Shown here: positions 1 to 10,000 of the stretch, piece after piece
How positions within the stretch are numbered: the stretch's first letter is position 1
Layout of the letters: each line of letters begins with the position of its first letter
Source of the DNA: a virus
Taxonomy: Duplodnaviria > Caudoviricetes
Virus record (IMG/VR): IMGVR_UViG_3300009124_000019
Span: 1-52,509 of that record
Strand: one strand, 5' to 3'
Length of the DNA stretch: 52,509 nt
Notes under the pieces: model-generated
Databases searched by the model: none
What the model was told of the DNA's origin: nothing
What the model saw: only the letters and a program-made list of their open reading frames with translations
Translations under genes and position numbers: made by a program

Positions 1-1
1 T

Positions 2-3000
2 GCCCTCTGCCAGATCACCAGTGTCCTGATTGCTCAGGTCAAGGTTTGCACCAACTTGGAGTGCGATACGAGTATCAGCAAGTCCATTTACTTGAGCGTC
101 AGTGCGTTGAGTGAAGGAGAAGACGCCAGTAGAAGCGTTGTAACCGAGATCACCACTAGCACTGAATGCACCACGAGCGCGGGCATTAGTAAAGAAGATG
201 TTGGTTGATCCCTCTGTGAGGTTATCAGTGTTGATATCCGACTGAGTAACAGAAATAGTCCCGCTACCGTCATGCTGAATGCCAGTACCATAAGTGAAAG
301 CATTTCTAGTCCTCGCCTGAGTAAAGAATATATTGGTGGATCCCTCAGTCAGATTGTCAGTGTTGATCTCACTGAAGTCAACAGCAAGAGACAGCAGGTT
401 ACCTGCATCATTATACGTTGCCGAAATACCTGTGCCGCCATCAACCAGTGCAGCAACACGATCATCAACTCTCTCATCAGTGAAATAGAGGTTGCTGGTG
501 CCTTCTGTCAGAGCATCGGTATCATGGTTAGCGATACTACTAACCTCTGACTGGAAGAATGACAAGGTACCAGTAACATTCAAGTTACCTTGGACTTCAA
601 AGTTGGTGGTTGATCGGAAGTTAGCAACCGTCAGTCTGTTGTCAGAAGGATTGTATGTAAGGTTTGCAGAGTCAGTGCGGATCTCAGTGAATCCGTTGTT
701 GGAGGAAACGAATGCAGGGAAGTAAGTCAGGTTAGAAGTTGCTGTCTCAGTAACATCAACCAGATTTGACTTATCTGCAGTACCTGTCAGGTCACCAGTT
801 ACATCACCAGTGATCTGTCCAGTAACACCCAACGTGCCACCCATGGTGGTGTTGTTGGTGACTGCCAGAGTGCCCAGAGTAGAGGTGCCTGTGATCTCTG
901 CATTACCAGAAGTGGAGTGCAGGGTGATCTTGTCAGTGCCACCACCATTCTGCAACTTGAGGGTCTTAGAAGCACCACGGAGGACCATGCTGTCCTTAAA
1001 CAGTGAGGTGCTATCAACCGTCAGAGTGCCATCCAGCTGCTGATTACCATCAACATTCAGATCAGAATCAAAGTCAACATTCTGTGTAACTTGCAGAGTA
1101 TCATCAATGATTGTCCTGCCTGCAACGTCTAGCGTGCCAGCAATGTCAGTGTTACCAGTTGCACCAGAAACAATAAACTTGTTAGTGTTGACGATAATCG
1201 ATCCACCAACGTTGACGTTAGAAGTCGTGTTGATGGTAACAATGTTGGCAGTGGTAGCAGCAACTGTGGCAGAGGTGATTGTACCGTCTGCAGTGATGTT
1301 ACCTGTAGCACCGAAGAAGGTGATGGTTTCATTCTGGTCAGGTCCGATGAATACATTCGCACCGAAGAAGGAATCTTCGTAGACTGCCGCGCCACCATTA
1401 GGCACCATGATTGCACAGTTGCCAGTAAGACGAGTTGCGGTCTCATTCTTAGTGAATTCAACGCGACCACGGAATTCCTGGTTACCTTTCTGGACAACGT
1501 TACCATCTACCTCAAAGTTACCATAGACCTTGAAGTCTTCTCCGACTACAAAATCTTTAGCAATCGTCGCACCACCAGCAACTCTCAGAGCACCAGAGGC
1601 AGAGAAGCTAGATCCAGTGGATGCGTTAGTAGTATCAGTGATACTAACAATATCACCCAGTGTGGATGTGCCAGAGACATCAGCGTTACCGTTGATATCA
1701 ACGTTATCATTGATGGTTGTCAGACCTTCGATCTGAGTTGTGCCAGCAATGAAGGTGTTACCGTTGTCAGTGTCAACGGTGAATCTGTCAACCAGAGAAG
1801 ATCTGATTACAAAGTTTTCGTTAGTAGCATCAATGAGTAGAGTGTCATTGATAGTTGTTTGGTCAGATACAACCAAAGTGCCACTGACTGTAGCATTGTC
1901 ATCAATGATAACTGTGCCGCCATTAGAATCCAGAGTCAGGTTACCTGCTACTGTACTAATTTCAGAAGCACCATCAACACCAATCTTAACGTTGTCTGCT
2001 GTAATGTCAGTAGAGGTGATTGCCTGGTTAAAGGTAATAGGACCGTTAACGGTGTGAGTATCGGTAGAACCATCACCGATTGTATTGTTTCCTCTCAGTT
2101 GTGCTGCACCAGTGACAACAAAGTCAGAAGAAACTTGGACGTTGTTAGTAGATGAGTCAAGGACTAGCGATCCGCCGTTGGCGTAGATTCCTCTGCTTCC
2201 TCCCGTTGCACCACTACCAAGGCGGATGTCGTTGGCGTAGAGTCCCGATACGGCGGTAACAAGTTGGTTGGCTTGTACAGTACCCGTAATAACATGCGTG
2301 TCCGCTGCATCATCGCCAATAGTCGTGTTGCCATCGACTGTGAGCGTGCCATCAATCTGTGTATTGCCATCAACATTGAGGTTACCGTCTACATCAGCAT
2401 TATCTGTGATATTGACAGTGCCGCCAGCGGAGTCAAGGATGAGGTTACCAGACAGAGTGCCGATCTCGTTAGCAGCATCAGTGCCAATTTTCAGGTCACG
2501 AATGTTTGCTCGTGCTGCACCAGTCAGTGCCTGGTTAAACTGGACTGTGCCGTTGACTGTATGAGAGTCAGAGGACTGGTTACCAATGGCAGCATTGCCA
2601 TTGACAGTAAATGTACCATTAGCAAATGTATTGCCAGTCTGTGCGTCTACAGTAAATGTAGAGGCAACTGCGAAGTCATCTGTGACATCCAGAGTGCCTG
2701 TGATGTCAACATTACCACCGAAACTACCATTGTCGGTAACAAATAGATCATCTCCCACATAAAGATCGAGACCGATACCAGCGCCACCACCAACGATAAA
2801 AGTACCAGAAGCAGAGTTGGTTGCATTAGTAGTATCAAATAGTTTAATAGATCCAGCGTCAAGACCTGATCTTGATCCGTTGAATGCTTCACTGCTATTG
2901 GTTGCATTATGATAGAGAGCATAACGCGAAGCGGAATTGTCCCAACCAAAGAAACCAACTCTGGCAGTGGAATCATAATATCTAAACTCAACACCACGGT

Positions 3001-6000
3001 CCTTAGCATCATTGCTAGTAGGAGCAGTGTCACCACCCAAGGTGATGATAGGATCGTCTAATGTGACAACGGTGGAGTTGACTGTGGTAGTAACACCATT
3101 AACAGTCAAGTTACCTTCGATAGTTGCATTTGTATTAACAAGCAGACTACCATCAACAGTTACATCATCAGTGAATGTAGTGACAGCGTTGACTGTAAAG
3201 ACATCAGTATTTGCATCACCGATTGTGGTCAGAGGACCATTGATCGTAAACTGCTCGTTAAATGTAGCGTAACCATGGACCAGGATAGCACCATCAGTAG
3301 CGTTACCCTGTCCAACACGACCAATGGTTGTGAAACCAGACTCACCAAGAATACTGAATTCAACCGTATCGTTAGTGTTGACCTTACCAACGTAGAAGTC
3401 ATCGCCAACATGCAGGTCTTGGACAATACCAACACCACCAGCAACTCTCAGTTGAGCATCAGCATCGTCTGCGAAGGATGCGTTGTGTGCTGTGCCACCA
3501 CCCATATAGGTGCGATACAGGACATCAACGTTATTGAGCAGAGAAGGACGTGTGCGAGCAACACCAGCATCTTTGACGACCAGACGGTCTGCCAGATAGA
3601 TGTCACCACCAACACGGAGATCCTTATCCATGTTGACGCCGCCAGCGAAGGTGGCATTGCCATTTGAGCTCAAAGTGATGTCTGAGTCAGTCGTAGCAAT
3701 AACGATATTGTTAGTGCGCTCAAACGTATTGAAACCACCAATGTTGAGACTACCCTCAATATCAGTGTTGCCATTTGTAGATTCTATACGGAATTTCTGG
3801 TCAATACCATTAGTAATAGTAAGGTACTTCCCAGTTACATCCATCAAGAAGTCATTGTGGAAGACCACATCGTCATCCACATCCAGGGTTGCATTGAATG
3901 TGACATCACTATCAACGTTAAGAGTTGAATCGAAGTCAACACCTTGGACTACATGCAGTGTCCCTTGGACATCAGTATTACCATTGTCAGTATCAACAGT
4001 AAACTTATTAACCGATCCAGCAGTGCGGATAATAAATTCTTTATTGTCAGCAGTGACGATGAGATTATCTGTAATCTCAGTTTCAAGTTGGATGTCTACT
4101 GTACCTTCAATAACTGTGTTACCAGTTGCACTCTCGATAGTAAACTTGTCAGTGGTATTGTTTCTAACAGCGAAGTTGGCATCAATGTCAACAGTGCCGT
4201 CAATCTCAACGTTACCATTCAGGTGAGTCGTGCCACCGACGTTAAGATTCTCAGAAATACCTGTGCCACCAGTCACCACCAAGGTGCCAGTTGTAGGTGT
4301 CTTCCAAGTAGAAGAAGTGTTTGTGGTTAGTCTGAGGTTACCAGCAATGATAGGAGCGTCAGTGCCAGAGAAAACTTCATTAGAGTTAGTCGCGTTGTAG
4401 AGGAAGCGATAGCCGCCAGTGTCAGACCAAATGTTAGAGTCCGCATAATCTTCGTCCCAACCATAGAATCCGAATCGCTCTTGACTATCATAATACCTAA
4501 ACTCGATACCACGATCTTTGTTATCATCTGCAACAAGTGTATCCTCACCACCCAGAGTGATGATTGGATCTTGTACAGTCATGACAACTGAGTTGACAGT
4601 AGTCGTCACACCATCAACCTGCAGGTCACCACGGATCTGCACAAGACCCGTCGCTGCATCATCATCACCTGGATCAAGCACCATCGTAGCATCACGAGTG
4701 CTCAAAACATTGTATTGGAATCTGTAGTCCTCTACGTTAACAAAGTATGCAGCGTCAGTACTGGAGATTGTGATCTCATTGTCAGCAGTGATATTGATAT
4801 TTGCAGTGCCACCAGCATTAGTGTTGTTGGCAGTGACATTCATATTACGGTCTTCTGCCTCATTTACTTCGAGGTGGAAGTCTACATTCCCAGAGGTCCG
4901 TTTAATGAACTGGTTGGTTTTTGTAACGTCAAGAGTAATATTACCAGAGATGGTAGTATCGAGGTTAATGTCAATAAGACCAGTGAAGCTCGATCCCCAG
5001 TCTGCACTACCGTTACCGTTAGGGTCGTCAGCAGCAACAGAAGGATAGGAATTACCCTGATCCAGAATCCCAGGCTGAAAAGGATACTCAGCAGTATCGT
5101 AACCAGTGACACGGAATACGCTACCTCCTGTCCTGTTATTAATATTAACGTGGTTAATGGCGGTAATGCCATGATAAGCATTATCAGTCGTCCTTTCGGG
5201 GTCAAGCTCAAAAGTCTCCGTTGCGTTTTGATCGGTAAACATGAGACGACCCAACGATTGCAGTTGGGAATTCTCAATCGCATTTTCAGCGATTGTGACG
5301 TGACCATTTGCGTCTACGTCAAAGTCTTCCTGGTCGAAACTCGCAATACCCTTTTGCTCGACTCCATCAGTACCCAGGTCTCTCCATCCACCCTGATCGT
5401 CTGAATCGCCCTGTTGGGTGTTGTGTGAAGGTTCGCCGAGTCCTGCGGGGATATCCCGAATAGCAGCCTGATATGTTCTGCCATTAGATGCAATAATCTT
5501 GCTGAATCTAGGATACGCAGTAGAGTTATCGTAAACGGTGAAAGATGTGCCATCCTTTGCCCCCTGAGTCGCTGTTGCGATTGGTGAGGTATTAGCATAG
5601 ATGAGACGACCATATCTGTCAACTTGAAGGTTGACGGTATTAACTGTCTCTGCGCCAGTTGTAGCACTGATCAAAGGATTGACCAGAGGATCCATCGCGG
5701 AGATTGGGTTGTACTTACCAACCACAACTGTGGTATCTGCTAGATCAAGGAATGGATTAGATGTCTGTGCATTACCATTCTGGACAATAATACGACCACT
5801 ACCACCAGTGATGGTCCTAGAAACAATCGTGCCTTCTGCTTGACGAGAAAGCATACCGAAGGTGGTCATGTTTGCCAGTGATGACAGGTCACTGTCCAAT
5901 GGTTGTGCGTCAGCAATACCGAAGTCGGTCAGTGTTGTTGGGTTGTCTGCATCAATAATACGACCACGGGAGTCAACCGTAATACGAGTATAGGTGCCAG

Positions 6001-6415
6001 TTGCTGCTAGATCATTCTCATCGTAGTGGGGAAGTGCCACCACATAATTCAATTCAGCAGTAATGGTGAGGTTTGAGGATCCATCAAAAGTACCTGCACC
6101 AGACATGTCACCACCAAGGGCGATCTGTCGTGCGTTGGCAAGTCTAGTTGCCGTAGCAGAGTTACCTACAAGTGATCCAGTAATGGCACCTGCTTCAAAG
6201 TTACCGTCAGCATCTCTTTTAACAAGAGTGTTAGCAGTATTTGATTCGGTCTCAATGGGTCTCTCATATCGAAGAGAGTTCCATGCAGTAACACCATCAC
6301 CGATCTTGATACGCGAAGTATCAATTTCGATACCCAATTCGCCCTGAGCGAGGATCGGGTTGACGTTTGCCCACTGCTGAGCACCGTCACGTCTAAGTTG
6401 AATTCTATTTGCCAT
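2..6415 (-). CDS. Long tail fibre / receptor-binding structural protein, 3'-truncated by the window edge (>2138 aa)
   Basis: ATG at 6415 gives MANRIQLRRDGAQQWANVNPILAQGELGIEIDTSRIKIGDGVTAWNSL, an Mtd-N-like fibre anchor motif. The same frame is open where I translated it (2160-2350, 2-60), and the ORF track has no stop-terminated ORF in this frame. G/T/N/D/V-rich beta repeats; TDNLTEGSTNIFFT repeats near the edge. Preceded by a terminator and a late promoter. Confidence 0.9.
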   Translation of the reverse strand, partial: MANRIQLRRDGAQQWANVNPILAQGELGIEIDTSRIKIGDGVTAWNSLRYERPIETESNTANTLVKRDADGNFEAGAITGSLVGNSATATRLANARQIALGGDMSGAGTFDGSSNLTITAELNYVVALPHYDENDLAATGTYTRITVDSRGRIIDADNPTTLTDFGIADAQPLDSDLSSLANMTTFGMLSRQAEGTIVSRTITGGSGRIIVQNGNAQTSNPFLDLADTTVVVGKYNPISAMDPLVNPLISATTGAETVNTVNLQVDRYGRLIYANTSPIATATQGAKDGTSFTVYDNSTAYPRFSKIIASNGRTYQAAIRDIPAGLGEPSHNTQQGDSDDQGGWRDLGTDGVEQKGIASFDQEDFDVDANGHVTIAENAIENSQLQSLGRLMFTDQNATETFELDPERTTDNAYHGITAINHVNINNRTGGSVFRVTGYDTAEYPFQPGILDQGNSYPSVAADDPNGNGSADWGSSFTGLIDINLDTTISGNITLDVTKTNQFIKRTSGNVDFHLEVNEAEDRNMNVTANNTNAGGTANINITADNEITISSTDAAYFVNVEDYRFQYNVLSTRDATMVLDPGDDDAATGLVQIRGDLQVDGVTTTVNSVVMTVQDPIITLGGEDTLVADDNKDRGIEFRYYDSQERFGFYGWDEDYADSNIWSDTGGYRFLYNATNSNEVFSGTDAPIIAGNLRLTTNTSSTWKTPTTGTLVVTGGTGISENLNVGGTTHLNGNVEIDGTVDIDANFAVRNNTTDKFTIESATGNTVIEGTVDIQLETEITDNLIVTADNKEFIIRTAGSVNKFTVDTDNGNTDVQGTLHVVQGVDFDSTLNVDSDVTFNATLDVDDDVVFHNDFLMDVTGKYLTITNGIDQKFRIESTNGNTDIEGSLNIGGFNTFERTNNIVIATTDSDITLSSNGNATFAGGVNMDKDLRVGGDIYLADRLVVKDAGVARTRPSLLNNVDVLYRTYMGGGTAHNASFADDADAQLRVAGGVGIVQDLHVGDDFYVGKVNTNDTVEFSILGESGFTTIGRVGQGNATDGAILVHGYATFNEQFTINGPLTTIGDANTDVFTVNAVTTFTDDVTVDGSLLVNTNATIEGNLTVNGVTTTVNSTVVTLDDPIITLGGDTAPTSNDAKDRGVEFRYYDSTARVGFFGWDNSASRYALYHNATNSSEAFNGSRSGLDAGSIKLFDTTNATNSASGTFIVGGGAGIGLDLYVGDDLFVTDNGSFGGNVDITGTLDVTDDFAVASTFTVDAQTGNTFANGTFTVNGNAAIGNQSSDSHTVNGTVQFNQALTGAARANIRDLKIGTDAANEIGTLSGNLILDSAGGTVNITDNADVDGNLNVDGNTQIDGTLTVDGNTTIGDDAADTHVITGTVQANQLVTAVSGLYANDIRLGSGATGGSRGIYANGGSLVLDSSTNNVQVSSDFVVTGAAQLRGNNTIGDGSTDTHTVNGPITFNQAITSTDITADNVKIGVDGASEISTVAGNLTLDSNGGTVIIDDNATVSGTLVVSDQTTINDTLLIDATNENFVIRSSLVDRFTVDTDNGNTFIAGTTQIEGLTTINDNVDINGNADVSGTSTLGDIVSITDTTNASTGSSFSASGALRVAGGATIAKDFVVGEDFKVYGNFEVDGNVVQKGNQEFRGRVEFTKNETATRLTGNCAIMVPNGGAAVYEDSFFGANVFIGPDQNETITFFGATGNITADGTITSATVAATTANIVTINTTSNVNVGGSIIVNTNKFIVSGATGNTDIAGTLDVAGRTIIDDTLQVTQNVDFDSDLNVDGNQQLDGTLTVDSTSLFKDSMVLRGASKTLKLQNGGGTDKITLHSTSGNAEITGTSTLGTLAVTNNTTMGGTLGVTGQITGDVTGDLTGTADKSNLVDVTETATSNLTYFPAFVSSNNGFTEIRTDSANLTYNPSDNRLTVANFRSTTNFEVQGNLNVTGTLSFFQSEVSSIANHDTDALTEGTSNLYFTDERVDDRVAALVDGGTGISATYNDAGNLLSLAVDFSEINTDNLTEGSTNIFFTQARTRNAFTYGTGIQHDGSGTISVTQSDINTDNLTEGSTNIFFTNARARGAFSASGDLGYNASTGVFSFTQRTDAQVNGLADTRIALQVGANLDLSNQDTGDLAEG
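194..370 (-). repeat. 44-codon (132 nt) tandem repeat, TDNLTEGSTNIFFT, in the tail fibre
   Basis: 194-238 and 326-370 align at DNA and protein level; a further copy (DTGDLAEG) begins at the window edge. Confidence 0.8.
2740..4640 (-). repeat. Duplicated ~130-aa module in the tail fibre (copies ~2740-3120 and ~4230-4640)
   Basis: GVTTTVNSTVVTLDDPIITLGG...KDRGVEFRYYD...GFFGWD versus GVTTTVNSVVMTVQDPIITLGG...KDRGIEFRYYD...GFYGWD. Confidence 0.8.
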
Positions 6416-6464
6416 TGCTTAAAAACGATCCTAGCAGTACGGACGAAATACAGTCTTTCTGACT

Positions 6465-6471
6465 TATTTAT
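6465..6471 (-). promoter_or_regulatory. T4-type late promoter (ATAAATA) for the tail fibre gene
   Basis: cATAAATA on the minus strand, about 50 nt upstream of the fibre ATG and just downstream of a terminator. Confidence 0.8.
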
Positions 6472-6475
6472 GCGT

Positions 6476-6499
6476 AATAAAAAACCCCCTTGCGGGGGT
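6476..6499 (-). terminator. Rho-independent terminator
   Basis: Minus strand ACCCCC-GCAA-GGGGGT followed by TTTTTATT, directly after the stop of 6505..6714. Confidence 0.88.
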
Positions 6500-6504
6500 A
6501 GGGG

Positions 6505-6714
6505 TCATTCTGCTTCTGCTTCTTCAGAAGTCTCTTCTTCTGGTGCAAGATACTCCAGAGTTTCAATAGCACCAAGAAGTTTAAGTGCTGTTGCTTCATT
6601 ATCTTTAATTTTCTTACCAAGCTCATTATTCTCTTTGAGCAGAGATTGGTAACGGGTGCGGAATTGCTCAAGCAGTTCTTCTTGAGTTGCGGTTTCAGTC
6701 ACTTCAGCTGGCAT
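6505..6714 (-). CDS. Small acidic coiled-coil hypothetical protein (69 aa)
   Basis: GGAG RBS, heptad pattern, overlaps the upstream gene's 3' end, followed by a terminator. Confidence 0.8.
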   Translation of the reverse strand: MPAEVTETATQEELLEQFRTRYQSLLKENNELGKKIKDNEATALKLLGAIETLEYLAPEEETSEEAEAE

Positions 6715-6973
6715 TGTTGTCTCCTTTTAATAATGATTTAAGTAGGTCTTTGATTTCACCGATGTCCGATTTTAACTCAGATACCTCATCTTGTAAAGTA
6801 TCGAATTTCTCAGCTTTCTTTTGACGGCGTTGGTATGCCGCCATGTACTCGTCATATTCATCCACGTTGCAATTCACTATAGCATTTGAATAAGGATCAC
6901 GATACCATCCATCTCTCCCCTTAACGGGGATGAGATCTTTATGGAATTTACCGTCTGATTCTGGGCTTGACAT
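6704..6973 (-). CDS. Hypothetical protein with C-terminal coiled coil (89 aa; GTG at 6979 is an alternative start)
   Basis: LIPVKGRDGWYRDPYSNAIVNCN...LQDEVSELKSDIGEIKDLLKSLL; resembles the small gene usually found after the VrlC-like gene in T4-like cyanophages. Confidence 0.8.
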   Translation of the reverse strand: MSSPESDGKFHKDLIPVKGRDGWYRDPYSNAIVNCNVDEYDEYMAAYQRRQKKAEKFDTLQDEVSELKSDIGEIKDLLKSLLKGDNNAS

Positions 6974-6995
6974 ACTCACTAATTATAATTATAAT
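6967..6995 (+). promoter_or_regulatory. Consensus sigma70 promoter oriented antisense to the VrlC-like gene
   Basis: TTGACA (6967-6972), 17 nt, TATAAT (6990-6995); no credible plus-strand gene downstream. Confidence 0.45.
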
Positions 6996-7014
6996 AACCG
7001 TGTAGGGGTTGAAA

Positions 7015-10000
7015 TCAAGTAGCTAGAGCTATTGCTCTAAGGTCAGCAATGAGTGGTACTCTTGCTTGGTTTCTGGACTTCATAACAATCTTCACTTGGA
7101 AGGCGTTAAAGTTAAGTCCCCTTGCTTCATATGTATAATCCTTCCAGAGGTATTCTTCTGTAGGGGTTGTATCATATGCTTCACCCAAGTTTTGATTGGA
7201 AGTGGGAAGACCCATTTGTGTCCAACCAATAGTATTAGGATCAGTAGCATCACCAACCTTGAATGCCTTGTAGTAGATACGAAGCTCGGTAGCAGGGTGA
7301 CGGGTGACTTGGAAGTCAATCTTCAGTGAGCGTGCTTCTCTACCCAGGCGAGCGAGACGTGTGATATACACAGCATCGTTTTGATCACCGTATGGATTCA
7401 GAGACACGTCCTGAGTGCGGTCAATCTGAGACTGTTGTCCATAGACTGAAGCACCACCTGGCCAATCATTGATACGGTTTGTAGTCGTAATCAGTGATGT
7501 ACGGTCAAGGTCAATACAGGGTGAGAGGGTGGGTTTATCAGATGCTAACTGGATTGCCATAGTCAGTGACTTGTTACCATCCAGTTTATTCTCTTCATTG
7601 ATCTTAGAGCAGACCATTTGAGGAGAGGTAAACTGATTCACCTCATTCAACACAACATCCACAAAAGTGCCGTTGTTAATGAAGGAGTTTTGGTCTCTAG
7701 GAGATGATGCACCTTCACCACCACCGTCACTAACAGAAGTAGAGGTAGTAGTATTTACACGAGCAGTAATGTCAGTATCTGGCAGCACCATCGTCGAAAT
7801 GGTAGGAGTCAGAGTTTCAAACTGCACATTCTGAGATGCAAGACATTTTGTGCCACCACCACGAATACCGTTGGTAGCAACGTGCTCAACCTGAAGCATA
7901 TAAGTATCAATCCAAGGACACTCAAGGCTTTGATGCACTTTGTTGATCTCTGTCAGAGGAATACCATCAAGGTTATAGCATTCAACAATAGCGCCAGCAG
8001 GGTGAGAAATATCTGCAGTGCCGTCAGCACCACGACCGCTAGCTGCAACAGTCAAGACTTGACCGTTAGTAGAAATACCAGAGTACTTGATAATCTCAAC
8101 ACTATTAGACTGACTTGGTAGTCCAGTAAGTGGTCTCAAAGATCTGATCAACAGATAACCAGGATTGAGGTTACCAATTTGCGATCCGCCAATAATCTGG
8201 TGGAAGGAAGATGCATCCTGGACCTGAATTGAAGTTGCACCTGCAGAGAGCGAAGTGGTCAACGTTGTAGAAGGTACTTCGGACTTCACATTGGTGATTT
8301 CAACATTATTACTACGTTGGTGCATACCATGATTTCTGTGGTAAATAAGGATCTCCTTATCATCACTTGGGAAACTAGGTGCCTGTGTAGGATAGATGTT
8401 GTAAGTATCACCTGAATATGTGATCGAAGTGATAGTTGCAGATGTGCCACCAGGCTCTGACAGAGTATCAGCAGCATCGTATGCTTTACTGATATAGTTA
8501 AGTGTCAGTGTCTGAGTGCCTGTGTTGTATTCGGTAACAATACCAGTTGCTGCAGATCCAGATCCACTAACTTCATCACCAACTTCAAATGTGCCGTTGA
8601 AGATTGCAGAAAGGACAATAGTAGCAACTGACTGAGATGATGCGATTCCTTGGAATGCATTACCGTTAGCATCGAGGAAACCAGCGGACCAGTTACCTTC
8701 GATATCTGTAATTGTAATCTCCTCAGGATCCTTAGTAGCATCAAATGCTTGGACGGTGCCACTTGCACCAGAAGGATTCTGAATAATTCTCGCACCAACA
8801 GTAAACTCATTGTTTGTGCCAACAGGCAGCTGCAGAGTTTGCTTGGGTTTGATGGTTTGAATTGGATTCTCAATCAATGTGTGAATACCACCATTACCTC
8901 TCCCAAGGGTGCCATTGTTAAACAGCGCAGTGCCAAGGGATTGAGTAAACTGAGCACGATACATGGTAAACTTCAAGTCTTCATACTGGTCAGCAGTCCA
9001 GGTAGAAGCGTTTTGTGACTTGAAGAGCACACCAGCATATGGTTGCTCAGAGATCGTCCTTGTGCCAGAGACATCGATGTCACCCATTCTGGAGATCCAG
9101 ACATTGTACTCGTTAGAGTCGGACAGAAGCACGAAGCAATATTCAATCGAAGACTTGATATAAACAGGAGATCTGAAGGTGAAACGAGTAGGAATACTTG
9201 CGTTTTCAGACAACTCAACAATGTCAGGATCGATAGTGGTATCAGAGAAGGGAAGAATATCCTTAGTGGGATAACCATTCTCCATGGTCCTGATCTGAAT
9301 AGAGATAGGAATGTTAGCGTCCTTAGTCCTGAAGAAGACATCAACACCAGTCAGATATACACCACCTTCCTCATCAACAATGAAGGATTGTGCAAGAGGG
9401 TCATACCAACCAATTTGACGCTCCTCAGTCCTGGTTGTAATAACAGTCCTTTCGTCATTAACTGTGTCACGGACGATCTCTGCGTTACGGACTGCCAGGA
9501 TATTCTCTCTAACAGTGCGAAGTGTGCCACTTGCAGAGTAACTGGTATCTGCCGAAGAATCGACATTACCAGGAGTCTTATCATTAGTTGGAGATGTTGT
9601 AACTCTAACTGTCCGTGTGCCAGTTGCCCAACGTGGGTTGGAATCATTCTTAGGAGAAGGAATGAATAGAGTGCCTTGCAGGTTACCGATGTTATCGGAA
9701 AGCAGACGACGATCTCTAACAACAGCACGAGCACCAGAGGTCTGACCAATTAGTACTTCACCAACGTTAACGTTACCGAAGAAATCAGGACTTACAGTCT
9801 CAGCAAGAGATTGAATATCAATATTCAGATAAGAGGTTTGTGATGCATAAGAAGCAGCAAGTTGTGCTTCACCCTGACCGTAGGGGTCAGTCTTATATCC
9901 ATCATCAGGTGCTGCAACTTTCAGTTGACAACCAGAAGTTTCACCAATTACAGTTTCACCAACAACGAATGGAGTTTCATTAGTGTTTGGATCTTGGGTT

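Noticed and set aside
88-6390. Short minus-strand ORFs in the track suggesting a fragmented gene
   Set aside because: All lie in a different frame from the continuous fibre ORF, which the track omits only because it has no stop inside the window.
2-6415. Diversity-generating retroelement suggested by the Mtd-like N-terminus
   Set aside because: That N-terminal anchor is common in fibres. No reverse transcriptase or adenine-variant template/variable repeat pair seen; the C-terminus lies outside the window.
6468-6671. 67-aa minus-strand ORF
   Set aside because: Overlaps the better-supported 69-aa gene and crosses the terminator.
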